A stretch of 64,000 nucleotides of DNA from an uncultured Rhodothermales bacterium (GTDB taxonomy: Bacteria; Bacteroidota; Rhodothermia; Rhodothermales; VXPQ01): the NCBI GenBank assembly GCA_965651265.1, contig CBFGRV010000005.1, positions 7,708-71,707 of the forward strand, given 5' to 3'. The notes below the pieces were generated by a model. The model saw only the letters and a program-made list of their open reading frames with translations, did not search any database and was not told the DNA's origin. Both the position numbers and the translations under genes were made by a program. How positions within the stretch are numbered: position 1 is the stretch's first letter; each line of letters opens with the position of its first letter. This document shows positions 45,673-56,638 of the stretch, in pieces.

Positions 45673-47643
45673 ATGGCAGAGGTAACCGCCGCGTACTCCG
45701 GACAGGCGAAGATTTTCGATCCACCCGCAGCATTCAAGCGTCGTGCACACATCTCCTCGATGGAAGAATATCAGGAGATGTATCGGCGCTCCATCGAGGA
45801 TTCGGAAGGCTTCTGGAGGGAGCAAGCGCAGCGGATCGATTGGTTCAAGCCCTTCGAAACCGTCAAGGACGTATCGTTCGCGAGCCGAGACCTCTACATC
45901 CGATGGTTCGACGGGGGCAAGCTGAATGCGTGCTACAACTGCGTGGATCGCCATCTCGAGAAGCATGGCGATCGGACGGCGTTCATCTTCGAACCGGATG
46001 ATCCGAACGCCGAAGCCGAGCACATCACCTACAATCAACTTTATGAGCGAGTATGCCGCTTCGCCAACGTCCTGAAGCGACTCAGCGTCAAGCGAGGTGA
46101 CCGCGTAACGATCTACCTGCCGATGATTCCGGAGGCCGCATACGCCATGCTGGCGTGCGCCCGCATCGGGGCCATCCACTCCGTCGTATTCGCCGGTTTC
46201 TCCCCGGACTCCCTTGCCGATCGCATCCTCGACGGCGACTCCAATATTCTGATCACAGCCGACGAGGGCATTCGCGGAGGCAGGACCGTCGCCCTGAAGG
46301 TGAACGCCGACAAGGCCCTCGAGCGCTGCCCCGGCGTCAAGAATGTGGTCGTCGTCAAGCATACCGGCGGGAACGTGAACATGGTCGCCGGCCGGGATTA
46401 CTGGTACCACGAGGAAGCGGAGCAGGTCGACACCGATTGCCCGCCCGAGGAAATGGATGCGGAAGATCCCCTGTTCATCCTGTACACCTCCGGATCGACG
46501 GGAAAACCGAAAGGTGTGCTACACACGACAGGCGGCTACCTCGTCTTCAATGCTCTGACGCACCAATATGTCTTCGACTATCACGAAGACGACGTGTACT
46601 GGTGCACGGCCGATGTCGGATGGGTCACCGGTCATTCCTATATCGTGTACGGTCCCCTCGCCAATGCTGCCACCGGGGTCCTCTTCGAGGGTACACCCAC
46701 CTACCCGGATGCCTCGCGCTTCTGGCAGGTCGTGGACAAGCACAACGTGAGCATATTCTACACGGCGCCGACGGCCATCCGCGCGCTTATGCGCGAAGGA
46801 GATGAGTTCGTCACCCGCACGGACCGTAGTTCACTCCGCCTGCTGGGTACCGTCGGCGAGCCCATCAACCCGGAGGCATGGCTCTGGTACTACAACACCG
46901 TGGGCGAAGGCCGCTGCCCCGTCGTCGATACATGGTGGCAGACGGAAACGGGTGGCATCATGATCTCACCGCTGCCCGGTGCCATCCCCCAGAAACCCGG
47001 TTCCGCGACGCTGCCCTTCTTCGGCGTACAGCCGGAGGTCGTTGATCAGAACGGGCGTGTGCAGGAGGGCCCGGCGGAAGGCTTCCTCGTCATGAAGGAT
47101 TCGTGGCCGGGGCAAATGCGGACCGTCTTCCGCGATCACGATCGGTTCATTCGGACGTACTTCAGCCAGTATGAGGGCAAGTACTTCACGGGTGACGGAT
47201 GCCGCCGAGACGAAGACGGCTATTACTGGATAACAGGGCGTGTGGATGACGTGCTGAACGTCTCCGGTCACCGAATGGGGACGGCCGAGATCGAGAGCGC
47301 GCTCGTCTCGCACGACCTGGTGGCCGAAGCTGCCGTAGTCGGTTTCCCGCACGATATAAAAGGGCAGGGGATCTACTGCTTCGTGACGCTCATCGCCGAC
47401 GCAGAACCCAGCGATGCGCTCCGAAACGAGTTGGTGCAGCACGTGCGCAACGAGATCGGACCCATCGCGAAGCCCGACTTCATCCAGTTCACTCCGGCGT
47501 TGCCGAAGACGCGATCCGGCAAGATCATGCGGCGCATTCTGCGTAAGATCGCAGCCAATGAGTACGAGGATCTCGGCGATACCTCGACACTCGCTGATTC
47601 GTCCGTCGTCCAGAGTCTGGTCGAGCAGCGGCAGAATCGCTGA
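45673..47643 (+). CDS. acs: Acetyl-CoA synthetase (acetate-CoA ligase, AMP-forming)
   Basis: 656 aa. AMP-binding motif [22 protein letters not shown] and [17 protein letters not shown]. Confidence 0.9.
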   Translation: MAEVTAAYSGQAKIFDPPAAFKRRAHISSMEEYQEMYRRSIEDSEGFWREQAQRIDWFKPFETVKDVSFASRDLYIRWFDGGKLNACYNCVDRHLEKHGDRTAFIFEPDDPNAEAEHITYNQLYERVCRFANVLKRLSVKRGDRVTIYLPMIPEAAYAMLACARIGAIHSVVFAGFSPDSLADRILDGDSNILITADEGIRGGRTVALKVNADKALERCPGVKNVVVVKHTGGNVNMVAGRDYWYHEEAEQVDTDCPPEEMDAEDPLFILYTSGSTGKPKGVLHTTGGYLVFNALTHQYVFDYHEDDVYWCTADVGWVTGHSYIVYGPLANAATGVLFEGTPTYPDASRFWQVVDKHNVSIFYTAPTAIRALMREGDEFVTRTDRSSLRLLGTVGEPINPEAWLWYYNTVGEGRCPVVDTWWQTETGGIMISPLPGAIPQKPGSATLPFFGVQPEVVDQNGRVQEGPAEGFLVMKDSWPGQMRTVFRDHDRFIRTYFSQYEGKYFTGDGCRRDEDGYYWITGRVDDVLNVSGHRMGTAEIESALVSHDLVAEAAVVGFPHDIKGQGIYCFVTLIADAEPSDALRNELVQHVRNEIGPIAKPDFIQFTPALPKTRSGKIMRRILRKIAANEYEDLGDTSTLADSSVVQSLVEQRQNR

Positions 47644-47699
47644 TCGTTGCGGAGGAGCGTCTAGCGAGGGCTGGCATCGGAACGCCTGCCGCAGTATCA

Positions 47700-48098
47700 T
47701 TGCTGCGGCAATCCAGAAGGCACCGAGTAGCCATCCGCGTGAACCCAAACGACCGGCACGGTCCACAGCCCATAAGTCCGGGCCAGGAGATCGGTGCGAG
47801 ACCGTCGACGGCTCGCAGGCAGTATTGGCGTCGCCAACTACGGCGCACGACCGTCCTGCTTCTCGTCTGGGCTATCGTCGGGTTCGGGCTCAGCATCCTC
47901 TTCGTTGAAGAGCTCAACCAGATTCACTTCGGCGATATGCCGCTGGGTTTCTGGATGGCGCAGCAGGGTTCGATCTACGTCTTCATCGTGCTCATTCTCG
48001 CGTACGCTTTGATGATGGAGCGTGCCGATCGTGAGATGGGTATGGAGGATGAGCGATATGGCCACGCGGATGCGGGATCATCCACGGAGGGCCACTAG
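47700..48098 (+). CDS. DUF4212 small membrane protein (solute:sodium symporter small subunit)
   Basis: Core LLLVWAIVGFGLSILFVEELNQIHFGDMPLGFWMAQQGSIYVFIVLILAYALMMERADREMG is typical of DUF4212. The start is unresolved (TTG 47700 or GTG 47739). Its stop directly abuts the ATG of the symporter. Confidence 0.7.
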   Translation: MLRQSRRHRVAIRVNPNDRHGPQPISPGQEIGARPSTARRQYWRRQLRRTTVLLLVWAIVGFGLSILFVEELNQIHFGDMPLGFWMAQQGSIYVFIVLILAYALMMERADREMGMEDERYGHADAGSSTEGH

Positions 48099-49754
48099 AT
48101 GGGGATTCAGGGCTGGACCTGGGTGACCGTCGGGCTGACGTTCGCGGCGTATCTATACATTGGGTACCGAAGCCGCGTTCAATCGACGCGGGGTTTCTGG
48201 GTAGCGGGGCAGGGTGTGCCGGCCATCGCAAACGGAGCGGCAACGGCCGCCGACTGGATGAGTGCGGCCTCGTTCATCTCCATGGCCGGCCTCATCTCCT
48301 TCATGGGATTCGACGGAGCCGTGTATCTCCTGGGCTGGACGGGAGGTTACGTCCTCTTGGCGCTCCTCCTCGCGCCCTTTCTCCGCAAATTTGGTCGCTT
48401 CACCGTACCGGATTTCGTCGGCGAGCGGTTCTACTCTCGGACGGCACGGGTGGTGGCGGCCATTGCTGCCATCTTCGTGTCGTTCACCTACGTGGCCGGC
48501 CAGATGGCTGGGGTCGGCGTGGCGTTCAGCCGCTTTCTCGAAATTCCGTTCGAGGCCGGTGTCGTCATCGGTATGGCCATCGTCGCATTCTTTGCCGTCG
48601 TGGGTGGGATGAAGGGCATCACCTACACGCAGGTGGCCCAGTACTGCGTGCTCATCTTTGCCTACACGGTGCCCGCCATCGCCATCGCGTTCGTGCTCAC
48701 CGGCAATCCCATTCCACAGGTCGCAATGGAGGAGATCCTGCCGAAGCTCGACGCCATCCAGCGCGATCTGGGATTGACGGCCTACTCGAATCCGTTCACG
48801 GGCATCTCGAAGCTGAACGTTTTCGCGATCACACTTTGTTTGATGGCGGGAACGGCCGGCCTCCCGCATGTCATCGTTCGCTTCTATACAGTCAAGAACG
48901 TTCGCGCGGCTCGATGGTCTGCGTTCTGGGCGCTCGTCTTCATAGGACTCTTGTACACGACGGCGCCGGCCGTGGCCATGTTCGCGAAGTATCACATCCT
49001 GAGTCAATTCGCGGAGCTCGGGCCCGCCTTTGCCGAGCAGAGCTGGGTACAGAACTGGGTCGCCACAGGACTAATCGAGCTGCCGGAGGAGGGCGTCACC
49101 GACGTTCAATCGCTGCTCTCCGGCATCAACCGCGACATCATCGTGCTTGCCACGCCGGAGATCGCTCGATTGCCCGCGATCGTCGTGGCGCTGGTTGCCG
49201 CAGGCGGACTCGCGGCTGCGCTCTCCACGGCATCCGGGCTGCTGCTCGTGATTTCATCCTCCCTGGCGCACGATATCTACGGATCGGTCATCAACCCGCA
49301 GGCCACCGAACGCCGCCGGCTCTTCATTGGTCGTGTGATGATCTGCTTCGCCGTCATCCTCGCGGGCATCCTCGGGATCTACCCGCTCGGATTCGTGGCC
49401 GAAGTCGTGGCGTTTGCCTTCGGGCTGGCCGCAGCCTCGTTCTTTCCTGTCATCGTTCTCGGCATCTTCTGGAAGCGAGCCAACAGGCAGGGCGCCATCG
49501 CCGGAATGAGCGTCGGGCTGGCGTTTACCTTCATCATGATTGCGCTCATGCGCGCTCAGAACGTGCTTCCCGGCATTGAGGAGCCCGTCATCGAGAGCTT
49601 CCTGGGCATTGGGGCGCAGGGGATAGGAGTGATTGGGATGCTGCTCAACTTCGCGATAACCATCGGGGTATCGCTGGCGACGAGTCCACCTCCTGCGGAG
49701 GTGCAAGCCCTCGTCGAGGACGTCCGTTACCCGGAAGTCAAATCACGCCGCTAG
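48099..49754 (+). CDS. Sodium:solute symporter family permease (ActP-like cation/acetate symporter partner of DUF4212)
   Basis: 551 aa and about 13 TM segments. SSF pattern (GRSRVQSTRGFWVAGQGVPAIANGAATAADWMSAASFISMAG). Genomic pairing with DUF4212 and acs. Confidence 0.85.
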   Translation: MGIQGWTWVTVGLTFAAYLYIGYRSRVQSTRGFWVAGQGVPAIANGAATAADWMSAASFISMAGLISFMGFDGAVYLLGWTGGYVLLALLLAPFLRKFGRFTVPDFVGERFYSRTARVVAAIAAIFVSFTYVAGQMAGVGVAFSRFLEIPFEAGVVIGMAIVAFFAVVGGMKGITYTQVAQYCVLIFAYTVPAIAIAFVLTGNPIPQVAMEEILPKLDAIQRDLGLTAYSNPFTGISKLNVFAITLCLMAGTAGLPHVIVRFYTVKNVRAARWSAFWALVFIGLLYTTAPAVAMFAKYHILSQFAELGPAFAEQSWVQNWVATGLIELPEEGVTDVQSLLSGINRDIIVLATPEIARLPAIVVALVAAGGLAAALSTASGLLLVISSSLAHDIYGSVINPQATERRRLFIGRVMICFAVILAGILGIYPLGFVAEVVAFAFGLAAASFFPVIVLGIFWKRANRQGAIAGMSVGLAFTFIMIALMRAQNVLPGIEEPVIESFLGIGAQGIGVIGMLLNFAITIGVSLATSPPPAEVQALVEDVRYPEVKSRR

Positions 49755-49803
49755 CCGGTATTGTTGTCGAGGACGCGTGACGGCCCCACGGGTGCCCCCA
49801 GGT

Positions 49804-50775
49804 TCAGCCCGGGAGATGATCTGCGTTCTCCTCGAACGGCGATGCCTGCGGAGCCGCGTCCTCAGAGATTGCCCGCGCCATCCGCCACGCACCCACCACA
49901 GGTCGATTCTTCGGCTCGACGACTCGCCAGCCCGGCATCTCCAGACGCAAGGCTTCCTCGATCGCCGCACGGAAGTACGGCTCTTTCACGAGCCCTCCAA
50001 GGAAGGACAATTGCTTCTCGATGCTCGAACAGCGTGCCTCCAGCCATCGCACCTGCCGTGCGAGCTTCCGCGTCTGATCGGTCACGATTTCGTTGGATAC
50101 GGAATCCCCATTTCGTGCCGCCTGCAGAACGAGAGGTGCAAACTGCTGCAGCGGGACTTTCTCTTCGTAAACGAGCTTCACCAGATCATCAGGAGTGGAG
50201 ACCTGGCGCGCATCCGCTAGCATTTCGACGAGCTCCGTCGCCGGCCCACCGTCGAACGCGTGGGCGACGGCCCGCAAACCCATCGAACCGAGTGCGTAGC
50301 CGCTACCCTCGTCTCCGATCAGGTAACCCCATCCGCCAGCTCGCAGAAACTCACCGTTCGCCGTCCGCGCGATCGAGACTGAACCCGTTCCCGAGATCAG
50401 CATGATGCCGCTCTCCCCCTCGAATGCGGCCTCGAGCGCAATGTCCCCGTCATGGGTGATGACAATCTTTGCCGGAGCCCGGTCCCCGAGCTCGGCCCGG
50501 ATTCCATCCTCGATGCGCTGCTGCTCGCGCTTGCGCCCGGCGCCCGCAACGCCCGCGCAGACGGCAGCTATCGGACGCCCATCGAGGCGCTTCATCGCCT
50601 GCAGGATGAGCTCGGAGAGTACGTAGATCGACCCCTCGAATCCGACACGCGCCGGATTACCGGACGATCCGAACAGATTCAGGATCTCGTCATCTTGCTC
50701 CAACGCCGCGAGTAGTTCCGTCTTCGAACCTCCCGCATCGATCCCAACAAAGACGGGCAGATCGGATGGCATCAT
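49804..50775 (-). CDS. BadF/BadG/BcrA/BcrD-type ATPase, N-acetylglucosamine kinase-like
   Basis: VFVGIDAGGSKTE, ISGTGSV and GGWGYLIGDEGSGYALG. Confidence 0.75.
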   Translation of the reverse strand: MMPSDLPVFVGIDAGGSKTELLAALEQDDEILNLFGSSGNPARVGFEGSIYVLSELILQAMKRLDGRPIAAVCAGVAGAGRKREQQRIEDGIRAELGDRAPAKIVITHDGDIALEAAFEGESGIMLISGTGSVSIARTANGEFLRAGGWGYLIGDEGSGYALGSMGLRAVAHAFDGGPATELVEMLADARQVSTPDDLVKLVYEEKVPLQQFAPLVLQAARNGDSVSNEIVTDQTRKLARQVRWLEARCSSIEKQLSFLGGLVKEPYFRAAIEEALRLEMPGWRVVEPKNRPVVGAWRMARAISEDAAPQASPFEENADHLPG

Positions 50776-52781
50776 GAACCAGGAATCAATTGGATGGATT
50801 GTTTGCGACGGTTCGGATCGCCGAGTGTGACGGCCTCAGGAAGTCGATCCGAAACGAGGTATCGACCAAAAAACCGATTGGCCGGAAATTGACGGTGGCG
50901 GAATCGAAGCGTCTCCCAGTCCGATGTCGAGATCCAGGAGACCCAACGAGCCGGAGAACTGAGCGATTCGGTGAGCCGGGATGGACCAAAATAAGAGGTG
51001 GTCGGGTGTCCCATCCCTGGAAGCTCGATAGGTGCGTATCGCGCGCTCGGCTTCGGGCCCGGCACCAGACTATCCACGGACCAGCCTGGGAAGTAATACC
51101 GATGTGGCTGAATCCGTTCCCATCGCCAGGTCGTTGGGTCGCTTCCGTATTCCCCTGCCAGAAGGGCGACGGTTTTGACCAGGGTCTCGTAGAGCACAAG
51201 GTTTTGAGCCAGCGCCGTGTCTGGCACCTGGACATCGGGCCACCGACCAAGACTGTCGCGATAGACGGTGACCCAGCGATCGAAAACCGACGCTGCGATA
51301 CTTGCGCGGTCGAACGCAAAATCCCAGTTCCGGAGGTAGGTGAGTGCCTCCGTTACCAATTGTGCATGTTCAGGCACGGCGATCGCCGAATGCGTCATGG
51401 TCGGCGCGAGCCGGGCCGCCCACGGACTCTCCATATCATTGAGCACATCGATCGTTTCGACTCCCAGGTCGGGTGCACTCAGCGAGTCGATGCGAGCGGC
51501 CACAAAGCGCGACCAGGGTGAAATACCGACCAGCCGTCCCCGCGCGAAGCTCTCGTCGACCGGAGGGCTCCCCATCACAGCGACCGATCCGTCCCGAGAC
51601 AGCATCATCCCATCACCACGGAACAGCTGGAAACTCGACGGCGATCTGTCCTGGGCGAGGGCGATCCACGCACCGGCGTCGCTCAGAGCGCCGAAGCCGC
51701 TCCAGTTGACCACCCATCCGGGTATCAAGCTGGACGTAGTGTCGGCCGATGCCAGCGTATCGAGGCGGGTGGTGCCGTTGGAATCCTCGCGATTCACGAC
51801 GGGAAAGAAGACCTCGACCGGATCGGCGGGCACGCGCAGAAGCTGTTCACGCCCTTCATCGGTCCGAATACGCTCGTATCTCCAGGTCATGGCTGACGTG
51901 TCGCGCCAGGCCGGCTCCACAGAGAGGTCGCTCGAGAGAAGCACGGCCCACGCGAATGCATCCGTGCGACCCATGGGGGCGAAGGGTGTCCCGATCAGGG
52001 TTGTGAGCGAGAAAGAGGCGCTGTCCGATTCGATTTGGACGGGATGCAGAATAGGTACGGCGGATGCTCCATAGACCTGTCGGTGAACGAGTTGCGTGCC
52101 CGAGCTGTCCTGCAATGCCCAGGCCACACTGTGCTCGAATCCGTGAAGATGCAACCATTCGCGCAGCTGGCGATCAGAGCGAACGAAATCGATCAGCGTC
52201 GGAGGAATAGATGCCAGCTCGCGCGTGGATGGACGGGCAGCCGCCAACCACGCAATCAGCCGCTCGATGGCGAGTGCGTGCCACGGCTCCCACGGCTCAG
52301 GGCTGTGCTCCAGAAGGACGAACTCGTTGGATCGCAGCCCTTGCTGATCCGCCCACACCGCGTTGACGCCACGTGCATAGGCATCCAGAATCGCCCGCTC
52401 GTCGGCCGGGAGGCGCTGATAGGCAGTTCGGGCCGCGCGCGCCAGGCCGATGCGGCGCACCACCTGATCCAGCGCCAACATCTGCCCCCCGTACCACTCA
52501 GACAGACGTCCGACGGCCGTCTGACGCCACAGGGCCATCGTCCACGCATGCTCCCGCGCGTGGATGAAGCCAAGCGCGGCATAAGTGTCGGACCGCTGAG
52601 CGGCATGGATGATGGCCGAGCCATCGTCATGGAAGTCGATGGTCAGCGAATCAGATAGCTCTGAGATCCGAACGACCGGAGGGGTGCGTTCACCCAACCC
52701 GTAGGCCATATACAGTGTCAGCCACGTGCCGAACAAGAGCAGAGATAGGACGATGGCGGCCGCGATGATAATGCGCACCAT
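50772..52781 (-). CDS. Penicillin acylase family (Ntn-hydrolase) protein
   Basis: 669 aa. N-terminal TM/signal segment. ALGFIHAREHAWTMALWRQTAVGRLSEWYG resembles penicillin/AHL acylase alpha-subunit motifs. ATGA overlap with the downstream kinase. Confidence 0.7.
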   Translation of the reverse strand: MVRIIIAAAIVLSLLLFGTWLTLYMAYGLGERTPPVVRISELSDSLTIDFHDDGSAIIHAAQRSDTYAALGFIHAREHAWTMALWRQTAVGRLSEWYGGQMLALDQVVRRIGLARAARTAYQRLPADERAILDAYARGVNAVWADQQGLRSNEFVLLEHSPEPWEPWHALAIERLIAWLAAARPSTRELASIPPTLIDFVRSDRQLREWLHLHGFEHSVAWALQDSSGTQLVHRQVYGASAVPILHPVQIESDSASFSLTTLIGTPFAPMGRTDAFAWAVLLSSDLSVEPAWRDTSAMTWRYERIRTDEGREQLLRVPADPVEVFFPVVNREDSNGTTRLDTLASADTTSSLIPGWVVNWSGFGALSDAGAWIALAQDRSPSSFQLFRGDGMMLSRDGSVAVMGSPPVDESFARGRLVGISPWSRFVAARIDSLSAPDLGVETIDVLNDMESPWAARLAPTMTHSAIAVPEHAQLVTEALTYLRNWDFAFDRASIAASVFDRWVTVYRDSLGRWPDVQVPDTALAQNLVLYETLVKTVALLAGEYGSDPTTWRWERIQPHRYYFPGWSVDSLVPGPKPSARYAPIELPGMGHPTTSYFGPSRLTESLSSPARWVSWISTSDWETLRFRHRQFPANRFFGRYLVSDRLPEAVTLGDPNRRKQSIQLIPGS

Positions 52782-52796
52782 ATTCGATGTGCGTAA

Positions 52797-54497
52797 TTAG
52801 ACGTGCGTGAGACCTTGCCGCGTCCGCATCTCGTCGAGCCAGACGCGGAAATCGTCAAGGCTCTTCGCGTTCAGGCACTGTTCGGCCGTGAGCCACCCTT
52901 TTCTGGCCACAGCCACACCCCACTGCATATAGTAGAGCTCGTCGATGGAATGGGCGTCCGGGTTGATGGAGATCAGAACTCCGCGTTCGGTCGCCCTCCG
53001 CACCCATCGCCAGTCGAGATCGAGCCGGCGCGGATTCGCGTTGATCTCGATGGCGACGCCGTGATCCGCACAGGCGTCGATGACTTTCTCATGATCGATG
53101 GGATAGCCTTCACGCCGCAAAAGCAGCCGTCCGGTGGGATGGCCCAACATCGTCGTATACGGATTCTCGATGGCCCGGATGAGCCGCTCCGTTGCTTCGT
53201 CACGCGTCATGTTGAAACGCGAGTGGATGCTGGCTACGACCAGATCGAATCCAGCCAGCACCTCTTCCGGATAATCGAGCGATCCGTCCGGTAGGATGTC
53301 CGATTCGATGCCGCTGAAGATGTGAAAACCGGGCGGATTCATCTCGTTGAGGCGCCGGATCTCCTCTTGCTGCTGCCGCACGCGTTCGATGCTCAGGCCG
53401 TTTGCGACCGTGAGTGAACGACTGTGATCACATGCGCCGTAGTATGCATAACCCAAACCCCGGGCTGCATTCGTCATCTGCTCCAGGGAGTGGGCGCCGT
53501 CGCTGTAGGTAGAATGGTTATGCAGGATGCCCTTCAGATCATCGAGGGTGATGAGATCGGGGAGGAGGCCTTCGCGTGCAGCCTCGATCTCACCCATGTT
53601 CTCGCGCAGTTCCGGTTCAATGTACGGGAGGCCGGCCGCCGCGAAGATATCCTCTTCGTCATGGACAGCGCCGGGTACCCCGAGCTGCTCCCGAAAAGCT
53701 CGCAAATGATCCTCCGAACCGGTACGCTGCCAGAGCTCCAGGCCGTAGCGGTCCGGCAGCACGACATGTATCTCGAGGGGCATGCCGTCGGTCAATTGGC
53801 CTCGCAGCGTGCGGCAACCCTCGCTCGACTCGGCGTTCGTTTCCCACATGCTGTGCAGGGCCTCGCACGCTGCATTCAGATCATCGGCAGAAGCCACTAT
53901 TTCGACCTTCTCGACGGTCTCCAGCTTGCGGCGAATTTCGCCCGCATACTCTGCGCGATCGACGTGCCCCAGCTCGCGAATCTTGAGCAAGAGCGGTTGG
54001 GCCTGGGTGACTGCCTGGTCGAATCGGCGGCGCGTCCCGTACCGTTTGAGTAGCGCGATGCTCTTGAGGATATTCTCCTGCGATTTCTCGCCGAAGCCGG
54101 GAAGCTCCGCAAGGCGGCCGATCTGGGCAGCCGCCTCGAGATCCTCAAGCGTGGTGATTCCGAGCGTCTGCCACAGACGCCGAACCTTCTTGGCTCCCAG
54201 TCCTTTTACGCGAAGCAGTTCACCTAATCCGGGAGGAATGGCGCTCAGGAGATCCTCGTAGAGATCGAAGGTACCGTGCTCGTAAATTTCCTTTATCTGT
54301 TCGGCAATCCTGCTCCCTATTCCTCGGAGCTCGTGCAGCCGATTATCTTCGATGAGGACTTGAAGCGACTCGTCGGCGCGCTCCAACGTCCGCGCAGCCG
54401 CGCTGAAAGCGCGCGCCCGAAACTCATTTCCACCGGTCAACTCGATCAATGCAGCCGTATCTTTCAAGAGACGGGCAACTTCCTTATTTGTAAGCAT
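52797..54497 (-). CDS. DNA polymerase X family protein with C-terminal PHP phosphoesterase domain
   Basis: MLTNKEVARLLKDTAALIELTGGNEFRARAF (HhH). PHP motifs LHNHSTYSDG and ACDHS. Start taken at ATG 54497. Confidence 0.85.
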   Translation of the reverse strand: MLTNKEVARLLKDTAALIELTGGNEFRARAFSAAARTLERADESLQVLIEDNRLHELRGIGSRIAEQIKEIYEHGTFDLYEDLLSAIPPGLGELLRVKGLGAKKVRRLWQTLGITTLEDLEAAAQIGRLAELPGFGEKSQENILKSIALLKRYGTRRRFDQAVTQAQPLLLKIRELGHVDRAEYAGEIRRKLETVEKVEIVASADDLNAACEALHSMWETNAESSEGCRTLRGQLTDGMPLEIHVVLPDRYGLELWQRTGSEDHLRAFREQLGVPGAVHDEEDIFAAAGLPYIEPELRENMGEIEAAREGLLPDLITLDDLKGILHNHSTYSDGAHSLEQMTNAARGLGYAYYGACDHSRSLTVANGLSIERVRQQQEEIRRLNEMNPPGFHIFSGIESDILPDGSLDYPEEVLAGFDLVVASIHSRFNMTRDEATERLIRAIENPYTTMLGHPTGRLLLRREGYPIDHEKVIDACADHGVAIEINANPRRLDLDWRWVRRATERGVLISINPDAHSIDELYYMQWGVAVARKGWLTAEQCLNAKSLDDFRVWLDEMRTRQGLTHV

Positions 54498-54716
54498 GGG
54501 CCTTCCGAGTATCCTGATCGGCGCACTGTTCACGGATGATTTGCGGGAGGGATCCTACGAGGAGTGCTCCTGTACCAATTGTAACAATAATTCTTGCGTA
54601 CCATCGAATCTCAGGGTCCCCGGGATTCGTCTCCTCCCACCGCCCGATCACTTTCTGAATGCGACCCGGAAGGGTTCAACCGGCACTGCTCATGACGTCA
54701 GTTTCGTAGGAGAAGT

Positions 54717-56396
54717 ATGAAGCGGAACCACAAACTCGTCACTCTCGCCATTACCGTTCTTGCGATCGGAGTTTTCCTCGGCGTCGAATTGGGGACCATC
54801 TTCTCGGGGAATGATACATACGAGTCGCTCAAGAAGCTCGAGAGCGCCTTCGTGACGATCAATGAGCGGTACGTTCAAGACGTCGACTCCTCCGTGCTGA
54901 CCGAGAGTGCCATCGAAGGAATGCTCCGTCGGCTCGATCCGCACTCTGTCTACATCGATGCCGAGCAGATGAGGGACGTGCAGGAGGACTTCAATGCGTC
55001 CTTCGAAGGGATCGGCATTTCCTTCGAGATCATAGATGGTCCGGACGGCAGGGACACGGTTACCGTGCTTAATCCGCTTCCCGGTGGCCCTAGCGAGGCC
55101 GCAGGGCTCCACTCGGGCGATCGAATCGTCGCGGTCAACGATTCGTCTGCGATCGGATTCACGAATGCCGACGTTCAGCGCACACTCAAGGGGCCGCGCG
55201 GCACCAAAGTCAAAGTCACCGTCAAGCGTCCAGGGTATCCGGAGCTGCTTTACTTCACGATCACGCGCGACAAAATTCCACTCTACACCCTCGACGCACA
55301 CTACATGCTCGACGAGCGAACGGGATACATCCGTCTCAATCGTTTCGCGCGGACTACATACGACGAATTCATGGATGCCCTCACGGACCTTCGGGCGCGG
55401 GGCATGGAGCGGCTCATTCTTGATCTCCGGGACAATGCCGGGGGCTTCATGGATATGGCCATCAAGATCAGCGACGAGTTCCTGGGTGAGGGTGAGCTCG
55501 TGGTGGAGGCGCGGAGTCGCCATGAAGAGTACAATCAGGAAGTCATTGCACGTGGCGGAGACAGCTTCGAGACGGGCCCTGTCATCGTGCTGGTGAATGA
55601 GAATTCTGCATCAGCGAGCGAGATCGTCGCCGGCGCTCTTCAGGATCACGATCGAGCGCTCATCGTCGGCCGCCGAACGTTCGGTAAGGGCCTCGTCCAG
55701 AAGCAGTTTCCGCTTCGCGACGGCAGCGTACTGCGGATGACGATCTCCCGATTCTATACGCCGTCAGGCCGGCTCATTCAGACACCTTACGAGAATGGTG
55801 AGCGCCGAGACTATTACGAGGCCAAGGCGGAGAGATTCCGGCGGGAGCGCACGCTGAGTGTGGAGGAAATCCGAGAAAGCCTGCCGGATTCACTCCGCTA
55901 CACCACAGACTCGGGGCGAGCCGTTTACGGAGGCGGAGGTATTTTCCCTGACTATCTCGTTTATCCTGACTCGCTGGGTGCTTTCGAACGCGCCATCATC
56001 GGACGTTCTCTCGACAACGACTTCTCGCGACTGTGGCTGGATCGGAAGGGGAGTGCTTTCGAAAGTGTGTGGGAGGGACGTGTGGAGGCCTACGTCGACG
56101 AGTTCGAGCTCTCCGAGCAGGATTTCCAGGAGTTTCTAGCCTTTGTGAAGGAGCGCGGACTTGAAATCGTTCCTACAGAAGAGGATTTACCCGATGCCGA
56201 GTCCGATTCGACCGTGTACTTCACGCAGGCGGAGGTCGACGCGGCGCGAGGACTCCTGGAGAATCGCATCAAAGCTCGCATCGGGCAGCGATTTTTCGAT
56301 CGCAGTGTCTGGTATATGGTGATGAAGGAAGTGGATACGGTGCTGCAGGAAGCGAACAGCCTCTGGGCGAGTGCCGAAGAACTGGCGCTTCGCTGA
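54717..56396 (+). CDS. S41 family C-terminal processing peptidase
   Basis: N-terminal TM. PDZ (GIGISFEI..GGPSEAAGLHSGDRIVAVND). Catalytic region NENSASASEIVAGALQD..GRRTFGKGLVQ. Confidence 0.85.
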   Translation: MKRNHKLVTLAITVLAIGVFLGVELGTIFSGNDTYESLKKLESAFVTINERYVQDVDSSVLTESAIEGMLRRLDPHSVYIDAEQMRDVQEDFNASFEGIGISFEIIDGPDGRDTVTVLNPLPGGPSEAAGLHSGDRIVAVNDSSAIGFTNADVQRTLKGPRGTKVKVTVKRPGYPELLYFTITRDKIPLYTLDAHYMLDERTGYIRLNRFARTTYDEFMDALTDLRARGMERLILDLRDNAGGFMDMAIKISDEFLGEGELVVEARSRHEEYNQEVIARGGDSFETGPVIVLVNENSASASEIVAGALQDHDRALIVGRRTFGKGLVQKQFPLRDGSVLRMTISRFYTPSGRLIQTPYENGERRDYYEAKAERFRRERTLSVEEIRESLPDSLRYTTDSGRAVYGGGGIFPDYLVYPDSLGAFERAIIGRSLDNDFSRLWLDRKGSAFESVWEGRVEAYVDEFELSEQDFQEFLAFVKERGLEIVPTEEDLPDAESDSTVYFTQAEVDAARGLLENRIKARIGQRFFDRSVWYMVMKEVDTVLQEANSLWASAEELALR

Positions 56397-56463
56397 TGCA
56401 GGCGCCGAGGTTCAGTAGTCTGGCACGGCTGGATTGGCAGCTCCGCCAAGGTTTCACCATTCG

Positions 56464-56492
56464 TTGACAATACTGGACCTAATAGGTATACT
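56464..56492 (+). promoter_or_regulatory. Near-consensus sigma70-type promoter (TTGACA-17 nt-TATACT) upstream of exbB
   Basis: TTGACA at 56464-56469, a 17-nt spacer, and TATACT at 56487-56492. The predicted TSS is about 56499, about 140 nt before the exbB ATG. Confidence 0.5.
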
Positions 56493-56638
56493 CTGCCGAT
56501 GCGGTCACATCAGCACGCCGATCCCGCCTGGGATGTCCTGACTTCTACCGGCCTGACTGGAACTGAATTCGGGTTCAGATCCGCATCGTTGCGTCACTCG
56601 GTAATCATAACATCGCTTTTTCCCGGAGGAACTTGTCC

